Shown: piece by piece, positions 1-8,004 of the stretch | Layout: every line of letters starts with the position of its first letter | Position numbering within the stretch: the first letter of the stretch is position 1 | Virus record (IMG/VR): IMGVR_UViG_3300008110_006966 | Span: 1 to 32,211 of that record | Direction: 5' to 3' (one strand) | DNA: 32,211 nucleotides | From: a virus | Lineage: Duplodnaviria; Caudoviricetes | Made by a program: the position numbers and the translations under genes | Notes under the pieces: model-generated | The model's input: the letters and a program-made list of their open reading frames with translations, nothing else | Told to the model about the DNA's origin: nothing | Databases searched by the model: none

Positions 1-21
1 ATGGTAGCATGGGAATAAAAC

Positions 22-219
22 ATGTGGCTTTTACTCATTATAGTCTTAAGTTCAGAACCTCCTTATAGACATAAAGGAAGTGTTCAAAACTTTTACACTT
101 CTGAAGCTGAATGTCAAAAAGAGTTAGCCAAAGCCATACAAGCGTTGTACTTAAAAAATACTCAAGTAACAGGTAGTTGTAGTTTTAGAGATTACCTCAC
201 TCCAAATAAAACTTTTTAG
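22..219 (+). CDS. small hypothetical protein with hydrophobic N-terminus and two Cys
   Basis: 65-aa ORF with N-terminal MWLLLIIVL, followed by a bidirectional terminator. Confidence 0.7.
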   Translation: MWLLLIIVLSSEPPYRHKGSVQNFYTSEAECQKELAKAIQALYLKNTQVTGSCSFRDYLTPNKTF

Positions 220-227
220 TGATAAAG

Positions 228-253
228 AAAAAGGACTCCGAAGAGTCCTTTTT
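228..253. terminator. bidirectional rho-independent terminator
   Basis: AAAAAGGACTC-CGAA-GAGTCCTTTTT perfect inverted repeat between convergent genes. Confidence 0.9.
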
Positions 254-269
254 GTTTGATTTAGGTTAA

Positions 270-539
270 TTACTTCTTTGCGCTTTGATTTACAAAGTTG
301 TACATCTTTTCTGCGGCTTCTAACACTTTATCAATTCCTGGAAATTCTGGCATACCTACTGTGGTAACGATCTGACCAGTCTTCTCGTCACGCTTGGCTG
401 ACATTTCCCAACCAGCAAACTTAGTTGAATGTTCTGATTGTATTAGATCCTTGGCCATGCCAAGAATATCTGTACGGATTTCGTAGCCGTTCTTGTTGAA
501 TTTTACTTCTGGTAGTTTTGGTGTTTCAAATTGTGACAT
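270..539 (-). CDS. phage hypothetical protein
   Basis: 89-aa ORF with SD AAGGAG, own sigma70-type promoter and terminator. Confidence 0.85.
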   Translation of the reverse strand: MSQFETPKLPEVKFNKNGYEIRTDILGMAKDLIQSEHSTKFAGWEMSAKRDEKTGQIVTTVGMPEFPGIDKVLEAAEKMYNFVNQSAKK

Positions 540-585
540 TATTTTCTCCTTGTGTGTATGTCTTATATGCTGTTACGCATACAGT

Positions 586-614
586 ATTATATATCTTATT
601 TTAAAGACTTGCAA
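586..614 (-). promoter_or_regulatory. sigma70-type promoter for the 270..539 gene
   Basis: minus strand TTGCAA (614-609), 17 nt, TATAAT (591-586). Confidence 0.8.
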
Positions 615-754
615 TCTTTATTGGGGATTTTCGTGGGGTTATTCACCCACTCAACTTCGTCATCAGTCATAGGTTGCCAGGTCAAATTTCTAAGATATAG
701 ATCGGCCTGACGTTGCTTATATTCAGCGATAGCTTGAATTAGCTTGCAGATCAT
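596..754 (-). CDS. small hypothetical protein (52 aa, MICKLIQAIAEYKQRQADLYLRNLTWQPMTDDEVEWVNNP...), not in ORF track
   Basis: manually translated; ATGA start/stop overlap with the upstream 751..906 ORF. Confidence 0.6.
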   Translation of the reverse strand: MICKLIQAIAEYKQRQADLYLRNLTWQPMTDDEVEWVNNPTKIPNKDCKSLK

Positions 755-906
755 GACCAGCCTCTCATTTGTCTGTAGGTATATTCTTGTACTATACGTT
801 CAACATCTGCGGCGTTTTTAGGATTGCGTTCTTTGATATACTGATCTAGTTCGTTTTGATACGAACCAGTGAGACTTTGGATCATCTTTTTTAAAAGATC
901 TAACAT
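751..906 (-). CDS. small hypothetical protein (51 aa, MLDLLKKMIQSLTGSYQNELDQYIKERNPKNAADVERIVQEY...), not in ORF track
   Basis: manually translated; SD CAGGAG upstream; TAAATA motif at 940-935 on the minus strand. Confidence 0.75.
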   Translation of the reverse strand: MLDLLKKMIQSLTGSYQNELDQYIKERNPKNAADVERIVQEYTYRQMRGWS

Positions 907-981
907 TTTTAACTCCTGTGTCAATGTGTAAAAGTATTTAGTAATATTAAAAAACGATTAAATATACAAAAGGGAATATCG

Positions 982-1242
982 ATGAGAAAGAGTACTAGGT
1001 CAATTTTACAGGGTTTAACTGAAGTAGGTGTAAATCGTAATACCGATGCTATAATTGAAAGTCGCGGTGCCAATCTTATTGACAGCGCCGTTAACCTATT
1101 AACTCTAATTAGAGAACAATATGACTTAGAAACTGCTGCTGAATTAGAGCGCAGATTTATTAATGCTATACGTACTGCCGAACCCGCTAAATTTAAACGA
1201 GGAATCAAAAAGATTCAAGAAGGACGACAAAACAACAACTAA
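982..1242 (+). CDS. phage hypothetical protein
   Basis: 86-aa ORF downstream of TAAATA (959-964). Confidence 0.8.
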   Translation: MRKSTRSILQGLTEVGVNRNTDAIIESRGANLIDSAVNLLTLIREQYDLETAAELERRFINAIRTAEPAKFKRGIKKIQEGRQNNN

Positions 1243-1264
1243 AAGCCGTTTTTTTGACTTCTGG

Positions 1265-1299
1265 ATAAATAATATTACAATACTCACAGAGCGTGAGTA
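1265..1299 (+). promoter_or_regulatory. late-type promoter ATAAATA plus 5' leader hairpin
   Basis: ATAAATA 1265-1271; TACTCAC-AGAGC-GTGAGTA hairpin 1281-1299; SD GAGGAG follows. Confidence 0.6.
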
Positions 1300-1323
1300 A
1301 AAGCATATTGAGGAGAAAATATT

Positions 1324-1740
1324 ATGCCAAGTATCTATACAAGTACCGTAGGTAGCACCACAGTAGGTGCTAATACCCGTAAAGTTCCAGCAACCCCTAT
1401 TAGCAATTTTGGTACACCAGTACTTAAAGCTATCAGTGTTTCTGTAGCTGACGCTAACCTAAGCACAACCCCAACAATCAGCAACAGCTTATTAAGCCAA
1501 GCTATCCGTGCTCTACAAGGTCAATTTGAGATCTATTATGTTGGTGGGTTTACAAACGCAAACCCAAGCGTTGGTTTAGTTATGGTTCATGACAACACCG
1601 GTAATGACGGTTCAGCTGCTAATCCAGCAGTAGCTGATGCTAGCTATGGCGCAGCTGAAGCTGCTATCGTAGCAACCGTAACTGGCGCAACTGCTTGCAC
1701 AATGGCAACAGTTACTCCAACTGGTTTAACATTCTCTTAA
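1324..1740 (+). CDS. probable abundant virion structural (head decoration-type) protein
   Basis: 138 aa, rich in Ala/Thr/Ser/Gly, strongly biased codons, strong SD, dedicated promoter and terminator; function is inference. Confidence 0.65.
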   Translation: MPSIYTSTVGSTTVGANTRKVPATPISNFGTPVLKAISVSVADANLSTTPTISNSLLSQAIRALQGQFEIYYVGGFTNANPSVGLVMVHDNTGNDGSAANPAVADASYGAAEAAIVATVTGATACTMATVTPTGLTFS

Positions 1741-1768
1741 TTTAGAGATTTCCTAGGGATGGGAAGGG

Positions 1769-1797
1769 TAGGGCAGTTTTTACTGCCCTATTTTTTT
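1769..1797 (+). terminator. rho-independent terminator
   Basis: TAGGGCAGT-TTTT-ACTGCCCTA followed by T7. Confidence 0.9.
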
Positions 1798-1813
1798 GTC
1801 TGATAAGTACTAG

Positions 1814-2218
1814 ATGAAATATAGTCTGTATACATTAGTGGATATCAGTTATACTGGTCAATATAGAAACGAACCAGATAAAAAATTACAAAGAAATCAA
1901 CAACAGAATTTTGATACTGTTATACAAACCTTAGAATTAAGAAGTAATATCAGCTATGACAAAAAGCCCGCAGTCTTAATTGAAAAAGCATCCGACTACG
2001 GATTCAATTCGACATCAGAACAAAAAATATGGAACTTTGAATGGGAAACAGAACAAGTAGATGTGTACATCAAAGACGAAAACCACATAGGGCAACTAAT
2101 TGAAGATTTTCAGTTTGTACCTTTTATCACAAATTTAGATGAAACTGCAATAATACAAAAACCAATTTTTATAACACAGGGAACAGGACTGAATATTGTT
2201 TTTAAAATTAAACAATAA
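1814..2218 (+). CDS. phage hypothetical protein
   Basis: 134-aa ORF; ATAAGTA 4 nt before the ATG, no SD. Confidence 0.8.
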   Translation: MKYSLYTLVDISYTGQYRNEPDKKLQRNQQQNFDTVIQTLELRSNISYDKKPAVLIEKASDYGFNSTSEQKIWNFEWETEQVDVYIKDENHIGQLIEDFQFVPFITNLDETAIIQKPIFITQGTGLNIVFKIKQ

Positions 2219-2292
2219 ATATAAAATAAGGCACAATTTAGGCACTACTTTTTTTGGCTAAAAAATAGCATTAAATTTAAGGAGATGCCCAA

Positions 2293-2676
2293 ATGGCACG
2301 AGTGGCAAAAATAGCTTCAGTACCCACACAGGAACGTGTAAGTGTACTGGAAACTAAAGTAGAAGCAATTGACGAAAAGTTAGATGATTTAAAAGTCGAT
2401 GTAAAAGACATGCATGACTGTCTAGATCGTACTAGAGATCAAGTAAATGAAAAGCTAGATGAAATGTTAGATGAGTATAGATCAACTAGAGACAAATTTT
2501 ATGCCCATGCTGATGATTTACACAAGCAGCAGACAGAGCAGCATCACGAACTAGCAGATAAGATATCTGACTTAGAAAAATTTAGAGCCAAGTGGACATA
2601 TCTAGTGCTTGGGGGTGTAGCAGTAATTGGATGGGCATCTGCTTATTGGGAAACAGTAGCTAAAATTTTAGAATAA
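2293..2676 (+). CDS. coiled-coil protein with C-terminal transmembrane helix
   Basis: heptad-rich body, hydrophobic WTYLVLGGVAVIGWAS, SD AAGGAG. Confidence 0.8.
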   Translation: MARVAKIASVPTQERVSVLETKVEAIDEKLDDLKVDVKDMHDCLDRTRDQVNEKLDEMLDEYRSTRDKFYAHADDLHKQQTEQHHELADKISDLEKFRAKWTYLVLGGVAVIGWASAYWETVAKILE

Positions 2677-2682
2677 TGAACG

Positions 2683-3913
2683 ATGTATTTGAGAGAATTT
2701 ACACAAGAAGGAATTTTAGACAGTGCAGTTATCTTTCATGATGAACTAAATCCTGCCCTTTGGAAAAATAATAGTCTTAAAATTATTAGCTATAGCTAAA
2801 CACTTTATCAACTTTATTGATATTCCAGAAATAAATTTAAAAGATATCACAATCAGCGGATCAAATGCTGCCTACACATATACTCCCTACAGCGATCTAG
2901 ATCTACATCTAATTGTAAACATTCCAGCAGATCAAGAACTACAGCTCAAATCTTTATTTGATGCTAAAAAGAATCACTATAACTTTAAACATAATATAAA
3001 AATAAAAGGTATAGATGTAGAACTATATGTACAAGACGATCAACAACCCCACCACAGTGCTGGAATTTACAGTGTACTAGATAATCGCTGGATCAATGAA
3101 CCCAAGGCAGAGCGTGTAAATATTAACGATGATGACGTAGAAAATAAGGTAAATAGCTATATTGATAAAATTCAGCAGGCCTTAAAATCAAAAGATATTG
3201 AAGTTGCAGAAATTGTCAAAGATGAGATAGCAAAGATTAGAAAAGCTGGTCTAGCTAGAGAAGGCGAATTTAGTGTAGAGAACTTAACTTTTAAAGTTTT
3301 AAGATCTAGAGGTTTAATTGAAAAACTTCGTAAACACATAATAGATTTAGAAAGCCAAGGACTAGGATTAGCGGAACATAAAAAAGGTTTTAGAGCTAGA
3401 AAATACGCAAAAAAAACTCAAGCACTAAATGGTACAAAGAAAAAGTCAGATACACTTATTGGACCTGCAGTGCCTAAAAAGGTAGACGATATGAAAATTG
3501 AAGATTTATTAGGCGAAGGATTACGCGACCCGAAAGACAATCCTTGTTGGAAGGGTTACAAGCCTGTGGGTACAAAGAAAAAAGGCGGCCGCACAGTTCC
3601 TAACTGTGTACCAAAAGAAAGTACTGAGCCTACAGTAGAAGAAATTATGGCCGGAAAACTATCAGCACTTCAACCCGGAGTTGCTGCTGAGATTGATCAC
3701 GGTAATGGAACAAAAACCCAACTTGATTTAAAAAAGAATCCTTCTGCGTTAACTAAAGATGCTTCAGGTAAGCTAGTGTTAAATACTAAGTCCAAGGGAG
3801 CATTAGGGTCAGGAGGACAACAAACTTCTAATGATCCAGATGCTCCTAAGGTAGGCGACGATGTTGAAATAGCTGCCCAGGAAGACATTTTAAGATTAGC
3901 TGGATTAAGATAA
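2683..3913 (+). CDS. Pol-beta-superfamily nucleotidyltransferase with low-complexity C-terminal extension; frame break near 2779-2782
   Basis: ATG 2683 gives MYLREFTQEG...LWKNNSLK (stop 2797-2799). The +1 frame is open 2750-3913 and reads KLLAIAKHF...GSNAAYTYTPYSDLDLHLIV...DVELYVQD (GS..DxD..E motif), continuing in frame into the listed 3470..3913 ORF. Confidence 0.75.
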
Positions 3914-3922
3914 GGAAAAATT

Positions 3923-5339
3923 ATGAAAATTAACGATATTGTATTAAGTGAAGGACAGGTTAGCTGCGGATTTCAATAAAAGACAAGCGACTATGAATAA
4001 ATTACCCGGAGCAACAGGTTTAACGGGTGCAACAAATACAGGAACTCCAGCTGCTGGTGTTCCTAAACCGGTTCCATCAACATCAGCGCCCAAAACAATG
4101 AATGCTCAACAGTTAAAAGCAGCACAAGATGCGGCTGCAGGTAGACCGCGGGCACCAGCAGCAGCAACTAAGGCACCAGCAGCACCAGCAGCAGCAACTA
4201 AGGCACCAGCAGCACCGGCAGCAGCAACTAAGGCACCAGCAGCACCGGCAAAGACAGCAACAAAAAAATCAGGTCAAGGCACTCAGAATAGAGCTCCTGG
4301 AAGTGTTGCCCCACAACCTACATTAGGTGGCAAACCATCTACTGGTCCTAAAGGACAGGCATGGTTACAGAAATACGGAGCAACACACAATCCAGATGGT
4401 ACTCCTAAAGCCGCAGCACAACAAGCTGATCCATCGATAGATCCATATGATCCAAATAAAGATCCTAACGTGCAAATGGCACAACCGTCAGCTGGAGCTT
4501 CTGCTGAGCTTGATAGAATGAAACAATTAGCCATAGGTGGAAATCAACCCCCAGTGGCAGCAGCACCAGCACCAGCACCAGCACCAGCACCAGCACCAGC
4601 ACCAGCACCCGAAAATCCATCAACTGGTAATGCTGCATCTGCTATGGCTTCAAGATCGAGCACATCTACTACACCAGAGCCTAAAACTAACGCATTAGGA
4701 GTAACAGCACAAGCAGCAGGCGGCGGCTATGGTAACTTTACTGGAGGCTCACAACAGGGACAGGCTGTAGCAGCAGGAGACAACCCTAATACACAAACAG
4801 GACAAGCAACTCAACCAGCTAAAGATCCAACAGTAGCACCGGCAGTTAAAACAGGCACAGGCGGAAATGTAACTAGCAGTTCAGATGACGAACTAGCATG
4901 GGTAGCTAAAAACGGTGGTTCTTTCGCTAACAGAGGCATGTATCCTGGACCCGGTAATTGGGATCCAAAAACCGGAGCGACTACTAGGGCAGCAGATAAA
5001 GCCCTAGCAGCTTCTGGAGCGAATCCTTGGGAAGGCAAAGACCCGGCTAAGGCAGCAGCATGGGCAGCGTTATCACCAGAAGATCAAAAATGGATTGGTA
5101 AAGGAGATCCAACTGACAAATTTATTCTTGCAAGGGCTCCAAGTAAAGGAGGATTTTTAGGCAGTATTACTCCTAACTTCATGAAGAAAGATAAAGGTCA
5201 ACCAGCAGCTCCTAACCCTCAGCAGGGTCAAGGCACACAACCTACAACAGTTACTGGACCAAATCCACCAGCTGGTGGCTACGGAAGATTCCAAGAATCT
5301 GAATTATCTGCTATTAAGAGATTATCTGGGTTAAAATGA
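3923..5339 (+). CDS. Ala/Pro/Gly-rich low-complexity protein, probable virion internal protein; frame break near 3950-3975
   Basis: SD TAAGGA plus ATG 3923 (MKINDIVLSEG...) stops after 18 codons; the long ORF 3948..5339 lies in the +1 frame and ends ESELSAIKRLSGLK. Confidence 0.65.
4152..4250 (+). repeat. 30-bp coding tandem repeat, about 3.3 copies (APAAATKAPA)
   Basis: GCACCRGCAGCAGCAACTAAGGCACCAGCA units at 4152, 4182, 4212 and a partial copy at 4242. Confidence 0.9.
4563..4610 (+). repeat. (GCACCA)n hexamer repeat encoding (AP)8
   Basis: seven perfect copies plus one imperfect. Confidence 0.9.
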
Positions 5340-5542
5340 AAATTAATGAGCTAATTAAGAATTTTGAAATATACGTTACTAACGAGGAAAAAGAGATTCT
5401 TAAAAAGTTAGATTCAGCTAGATCTTTTTTAAGCTTTTCGGAAAGGGAAAGATTCATTATTGAGGGGTTGATTCGTAAAAGTTTGGTAATTAAAGTAGGA
5501 CACGACAATCCTTATATAATCGCTAATGAAAAAGAAGAATAA
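5336..5542 (+). CDS. hypothetical protein
   Basis: 68 aa; ATGA overlap with the upstream stop; N-terminus MKINELI. Confidence 0.75.
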   Translation: MKINELIKNFEIYVTNEEKEILKKLDSARSFLSFSERERFIIEGLIRKSLVIKVGHDNPYIIANEKEE

Positions 5543-5969
5543 AAAACAATTTGAAGAATTTGAAACTTTTATAAAAGAAGTTTTTGAAAAAAAGCTACCC
5601 ATAACTGTTTTTAATGATGGAAGCATACAATACAAAGACTTTGCTATTGTACAAGATAAAAATAAAAATTGGGCTCTTTATAGCTTGAAAAATACCAGTG
5701 ATGTAATTGATACGTTTTACCTCAAAGCAACAGCCTTGCTAGCAGCTAAAACGTATCAAAGTTTTAATTTTAAAAAATACTTACAGATAAAAGAATTAGA
5801 CCATAAATACAATCAAAATGCAACTGATACAATTTACTTTAATCATTATAGAAAAATAACTAATGATCTAGTAAAAAGAGATGTGTTTACATGGAGATAT
5901 GAACTAAGTCTGGGCCGAGCTAAACGCTACAAAACAGAAATAGCATCTCTATTTAAAACCAATTTCTGA
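5526..5969 (+). CDS. phage hypothetical protein
   Basis: 147-aa ORF overlapping the previous gene in the operon. Confidence 0.75.
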   Translation: MKKKNKKQFEEFETFIKEVFEKKLPITVFNDGSIQYKDFAIVQDKNKNWALYSLKNTSDVIDTFYLKATALLAAKTYQSFNFKKYLQIKELDHKYNQNATDTIYFNHYRKITNDLVKRDVFTWRYELSLGRAKRYKTEIASLFKTNF

Positions 5970-6003
5970 CATAAATAATAAAAACAATTTAGGAACAATT
6001 GAC

Positions 6004-6915
6004 ATGCAAATTACAGAATTTTCCAAACCAGTTAGTAGCAAAAAGCTAAATGAAAATTTAGCTAAAACTTTTGGATATAGCTTAAAACTTGAGGATTTAA
6101 CAGTTGAGGATTTATACCAAGCTGCTGCTAAATTAAAAAACAAGATCTATAACTACGAAATGACTGAAAGTTATGACTCTGTCGTAGAGAATCATGATTA
6201 TCAAAAAACTCGTGCATTTTTAGATGTTATCAGTCAAGCTATTACTGAAAGAACACTTTCCCCTGAAGAAAAGTCTAAAAAAGAAAAATACTTTAAAGGT
6301 ATGAAAAAAGTTAAGGGCGACTTTTCTAAACGCTACGGCGAAAGAGGAGACGAAGTGATGCATGCCACTGCTACTAAGATGGCAAAGAAAGAATCAGTAG
6401 AAGAAGCAATGGATCTTCTTAAAACAGTTCTCAGTGAAAAAATTCTTAGAGAAAGTGAAGAAGACAAGGCTAGTATTATCATGTCAGGAAAAGACATGGT
6501 TGATCGCATTACTGGTTGGATCGAAGACGTTGCATCTATGCAATCTGAATCATTATTGCAACTACTTGACAGTATCAAGCAAAATATGGGATCAGATGTT
6601 AGTACTAGATTTAGCGAAATTGTAAAACCGGCCTTATCAGAATTACAAGCATCTTTAGAAACACAGCGTCAAGCATTAAGCTCAGGAATGGGATTGTTAA
6701 CAGGCGAAGAACCACCTGGACCATCAATGGGTAATGAAGTTCCTACATCTGGTGCTACCGAGGAACCAGCAATGGGACCAGAAGAGCCAGCAACTGATGA
6801 ATTTGCAGCTAGCGCACCAGCAGCAGGCGGAACTGAAGTTGCAGGTCGTGCCAAAAGAGAAAGCATTGAATACAGCCGAAGAATCGGACAAATTCTTTCT
6901 TCAAAAAAAAAATAA
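6004..6915 (+). CDS. probable head morphogenesis (prohead core/scaffold-like) protein
   Basis: 303 aa, helical and acidic, late motif ATAAATA 5971-5977, ends SSKKK on an A10 run; function is inference. Confidence 0.7.
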   Translation: MQITEFSKPVSSKKLNENLAKTFGYSLKLEDLTVEDLYQAAAKLKNKIYNYEMTESYDSVVENHDYQKTRAFLDVISQAITERTLSPEEKSKKEKYFKGMKKVKGDFSKRYGERGDEVMHATATKMAKKESVEEAMDLLKTVLSEKILRESEEDKASIIMSGKDMVDRITGWIEDVASMQSESLLQLLDSIKQNMGSDVSTRFSEIVKPALSELQASLETQRQALSSGMGLLTGEEPPGPSMGNEVPTSGATEEPAMGPEEPATDEFAASAPAAGGTEVAGRAKRESIEYSRRIGQILSSKKK

Positions 6916-6947
6916 ATGAGGATGCGGAAGATCTTTTCCGCATTCTT
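6903..6947 (+). promoter_or_regulatory. candidate -1 programmed frameshift signal
   Basis: A10 (6903-6912), 5-nt spacer, 13-bp stem GAGGATGCGGAAG/TTTCCGCATTCTT with ATCT loop. Confidence 0.65.
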
Positions 6948-7229
6948 AATACCTTCCAAAACAGTGCAGATTCAAAAAGACAAACCTCTGTCCATACTTG
7001 GTTAGATATCAGTAATAGTCTCGACGATGGCACTGCTCTTGATTACAATTCTTTTGATAAAATTTATAATTCTGATCCAAGAATAAAAAATTTAGTCCAA
7101 AAGTATGACGCAAATGGCGTAGTCCTCAAAACTAAAGCCAAGGCCAACGATCAAGTTACTCTTAATAAAAAAACCAGTAATTTAGATAGTATGGCTAAAC
7201 GTGCTGCTGCAAAAGAATTAAAGACTTGA
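6912..7229 (+). CDS. start-less 105-codon reading frame (INEDAEDLFRILNTFQNSADSK...AKRAAAKELKT), probable -1 extension of 6004..6915
   Basis: frame open 6870-7229 with no ATG/GTG/TTG until 7191; fills an otherwise empty 340-bp gap; protein-like composition. Confidence 0.7.
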   Translation: MNEDAEDLFRILNTFQNSADSKRQTSVHTWLDISNSLDDGTALDYNSFDKIYNSDPRIKNLVQKYDANGVVLKTKAKANDQVTLNKKTSNLDSMAKRAAAKELKT

Positions 7230-7255
7230 CATTTCATTTACAAAGATGTAATAAT
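7226..7255 (+). promoter_or_regulatory. sigma70-type promoter, probably giving a leaderless mRNA
   Basis: TTGACA 7226-7231, TG-T-AATAAT 7247-7255, ATG at 7261, no clear SD. Confidence 0.55.
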
Positions 7256-7260
7256 AGAGT

Positions 7261-7980
7261 ATGACTCTATTAAAACACAAATTTGTATACGAAAAAATAT
7301 CTAGACAAGAAATAAACGGACGCCGGCTATATGCAACACCAGCCGGCGACAGTGTTCCTAGCGTAACCACAATATTGGATCGTACCAAACCAGCCGAAGC
7401 AAAAGAAGCTCTTGCCAACTGGAAAAAAGCAGTTGGGGAGAAACGAGCTCAAGAAATAACTACTGAAGCTGCCGGACGTGGGACACGTATGCATAAGTTT
7501 TTAGAAGACTACATCAAAGGTGAACAACTTAGAGAAAGTCTTACTAATCCATATGCACAACAAAGTCTACTTATGGCTCAAAAAGTTATAGAAGTAGGTT
7601 TTCCTAAAGTAGATGAAGTATGGGGTAGTGAAGTACCTTTATATTTCCCCTCATTATATGCTGGTACCACAGACTGCGTAGGACTTCACGAAGGTGAAGA
7701 AAGTATATTAGATTTTAAACAAACTAATAAGCCTAAAAAATTAGAGTGGATTGGTGACTATTTCTTGCAGCTTACTGCATATGCACTAGCTCACAACGAA
7801 GTACACGGGACTAATATACGCAAGGGTGTAATTATGATGTGTGTACGTCCTCCTGAAATAGAGCCAGGAAAGTGGGGAGAACCAGAATATCAGCAGTTTA
7901 TTTTAGAACCAAAAGACTTTGATATGTGGACAAATCGCTGGTGCGATAGAGTGAGTCAGTATTACAAAATAGACGGATAA
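7261..7980 (+). CDS. PD-(D/E)XK (RecB-type/MGME1-like) exonuclease
   Basis: PSVTTIL, RGTRMHKFLE, GTTD..ILDFK and QLTAYA motifs. Confidence 0.85.
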   Translation: MTLLKHKFVYEKISRQEINGRRLYATPAGDSVPSVTTILDRTKPAEAKEALANWKKAVGEKRAQEITTEAAGRGTRMHKFLEDYIKGEQLRESLTNPYAQQSLLMAQKVIEVGFPKVDEVWGSEVPLYFPSLYAGTTDCVGLHEGEESILDFKQTNKPKKLEWIGDYFLQLTAYALAHNEVHGTNIRKGVIMMCVRPPEIEPGKWGEPEYQQFILEPKDFDMWTNRWCDRVSQYYKIDG

Positions 7981-8004
7981 ATACTGTCTACTGGAGTTAA
8001 GAAT

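Noticed and set aside
545-560. ACACAC before the SD (also 17648-17655) as a CsrA/RsmA site
   Set aside because: ANGGA is expected in any AGGAG SD; too short to support
2228-2270. AGGCAC direct repeat and weak A/T hairpin in a leader
   Set aside because: Short and low-complexity; not distinguishable from chance
4129-4326. Poly-Gln/His ORF
   Set aside because: Alternative-frame reading of the GCA-rich tandem repeat
7261-7980. Cas4 or a CRISPR adaptation module
   Set aside because: No Cas4 four-Cys cluster pattern and no array; ordinary phage PD-(D/E)XK exonuclease
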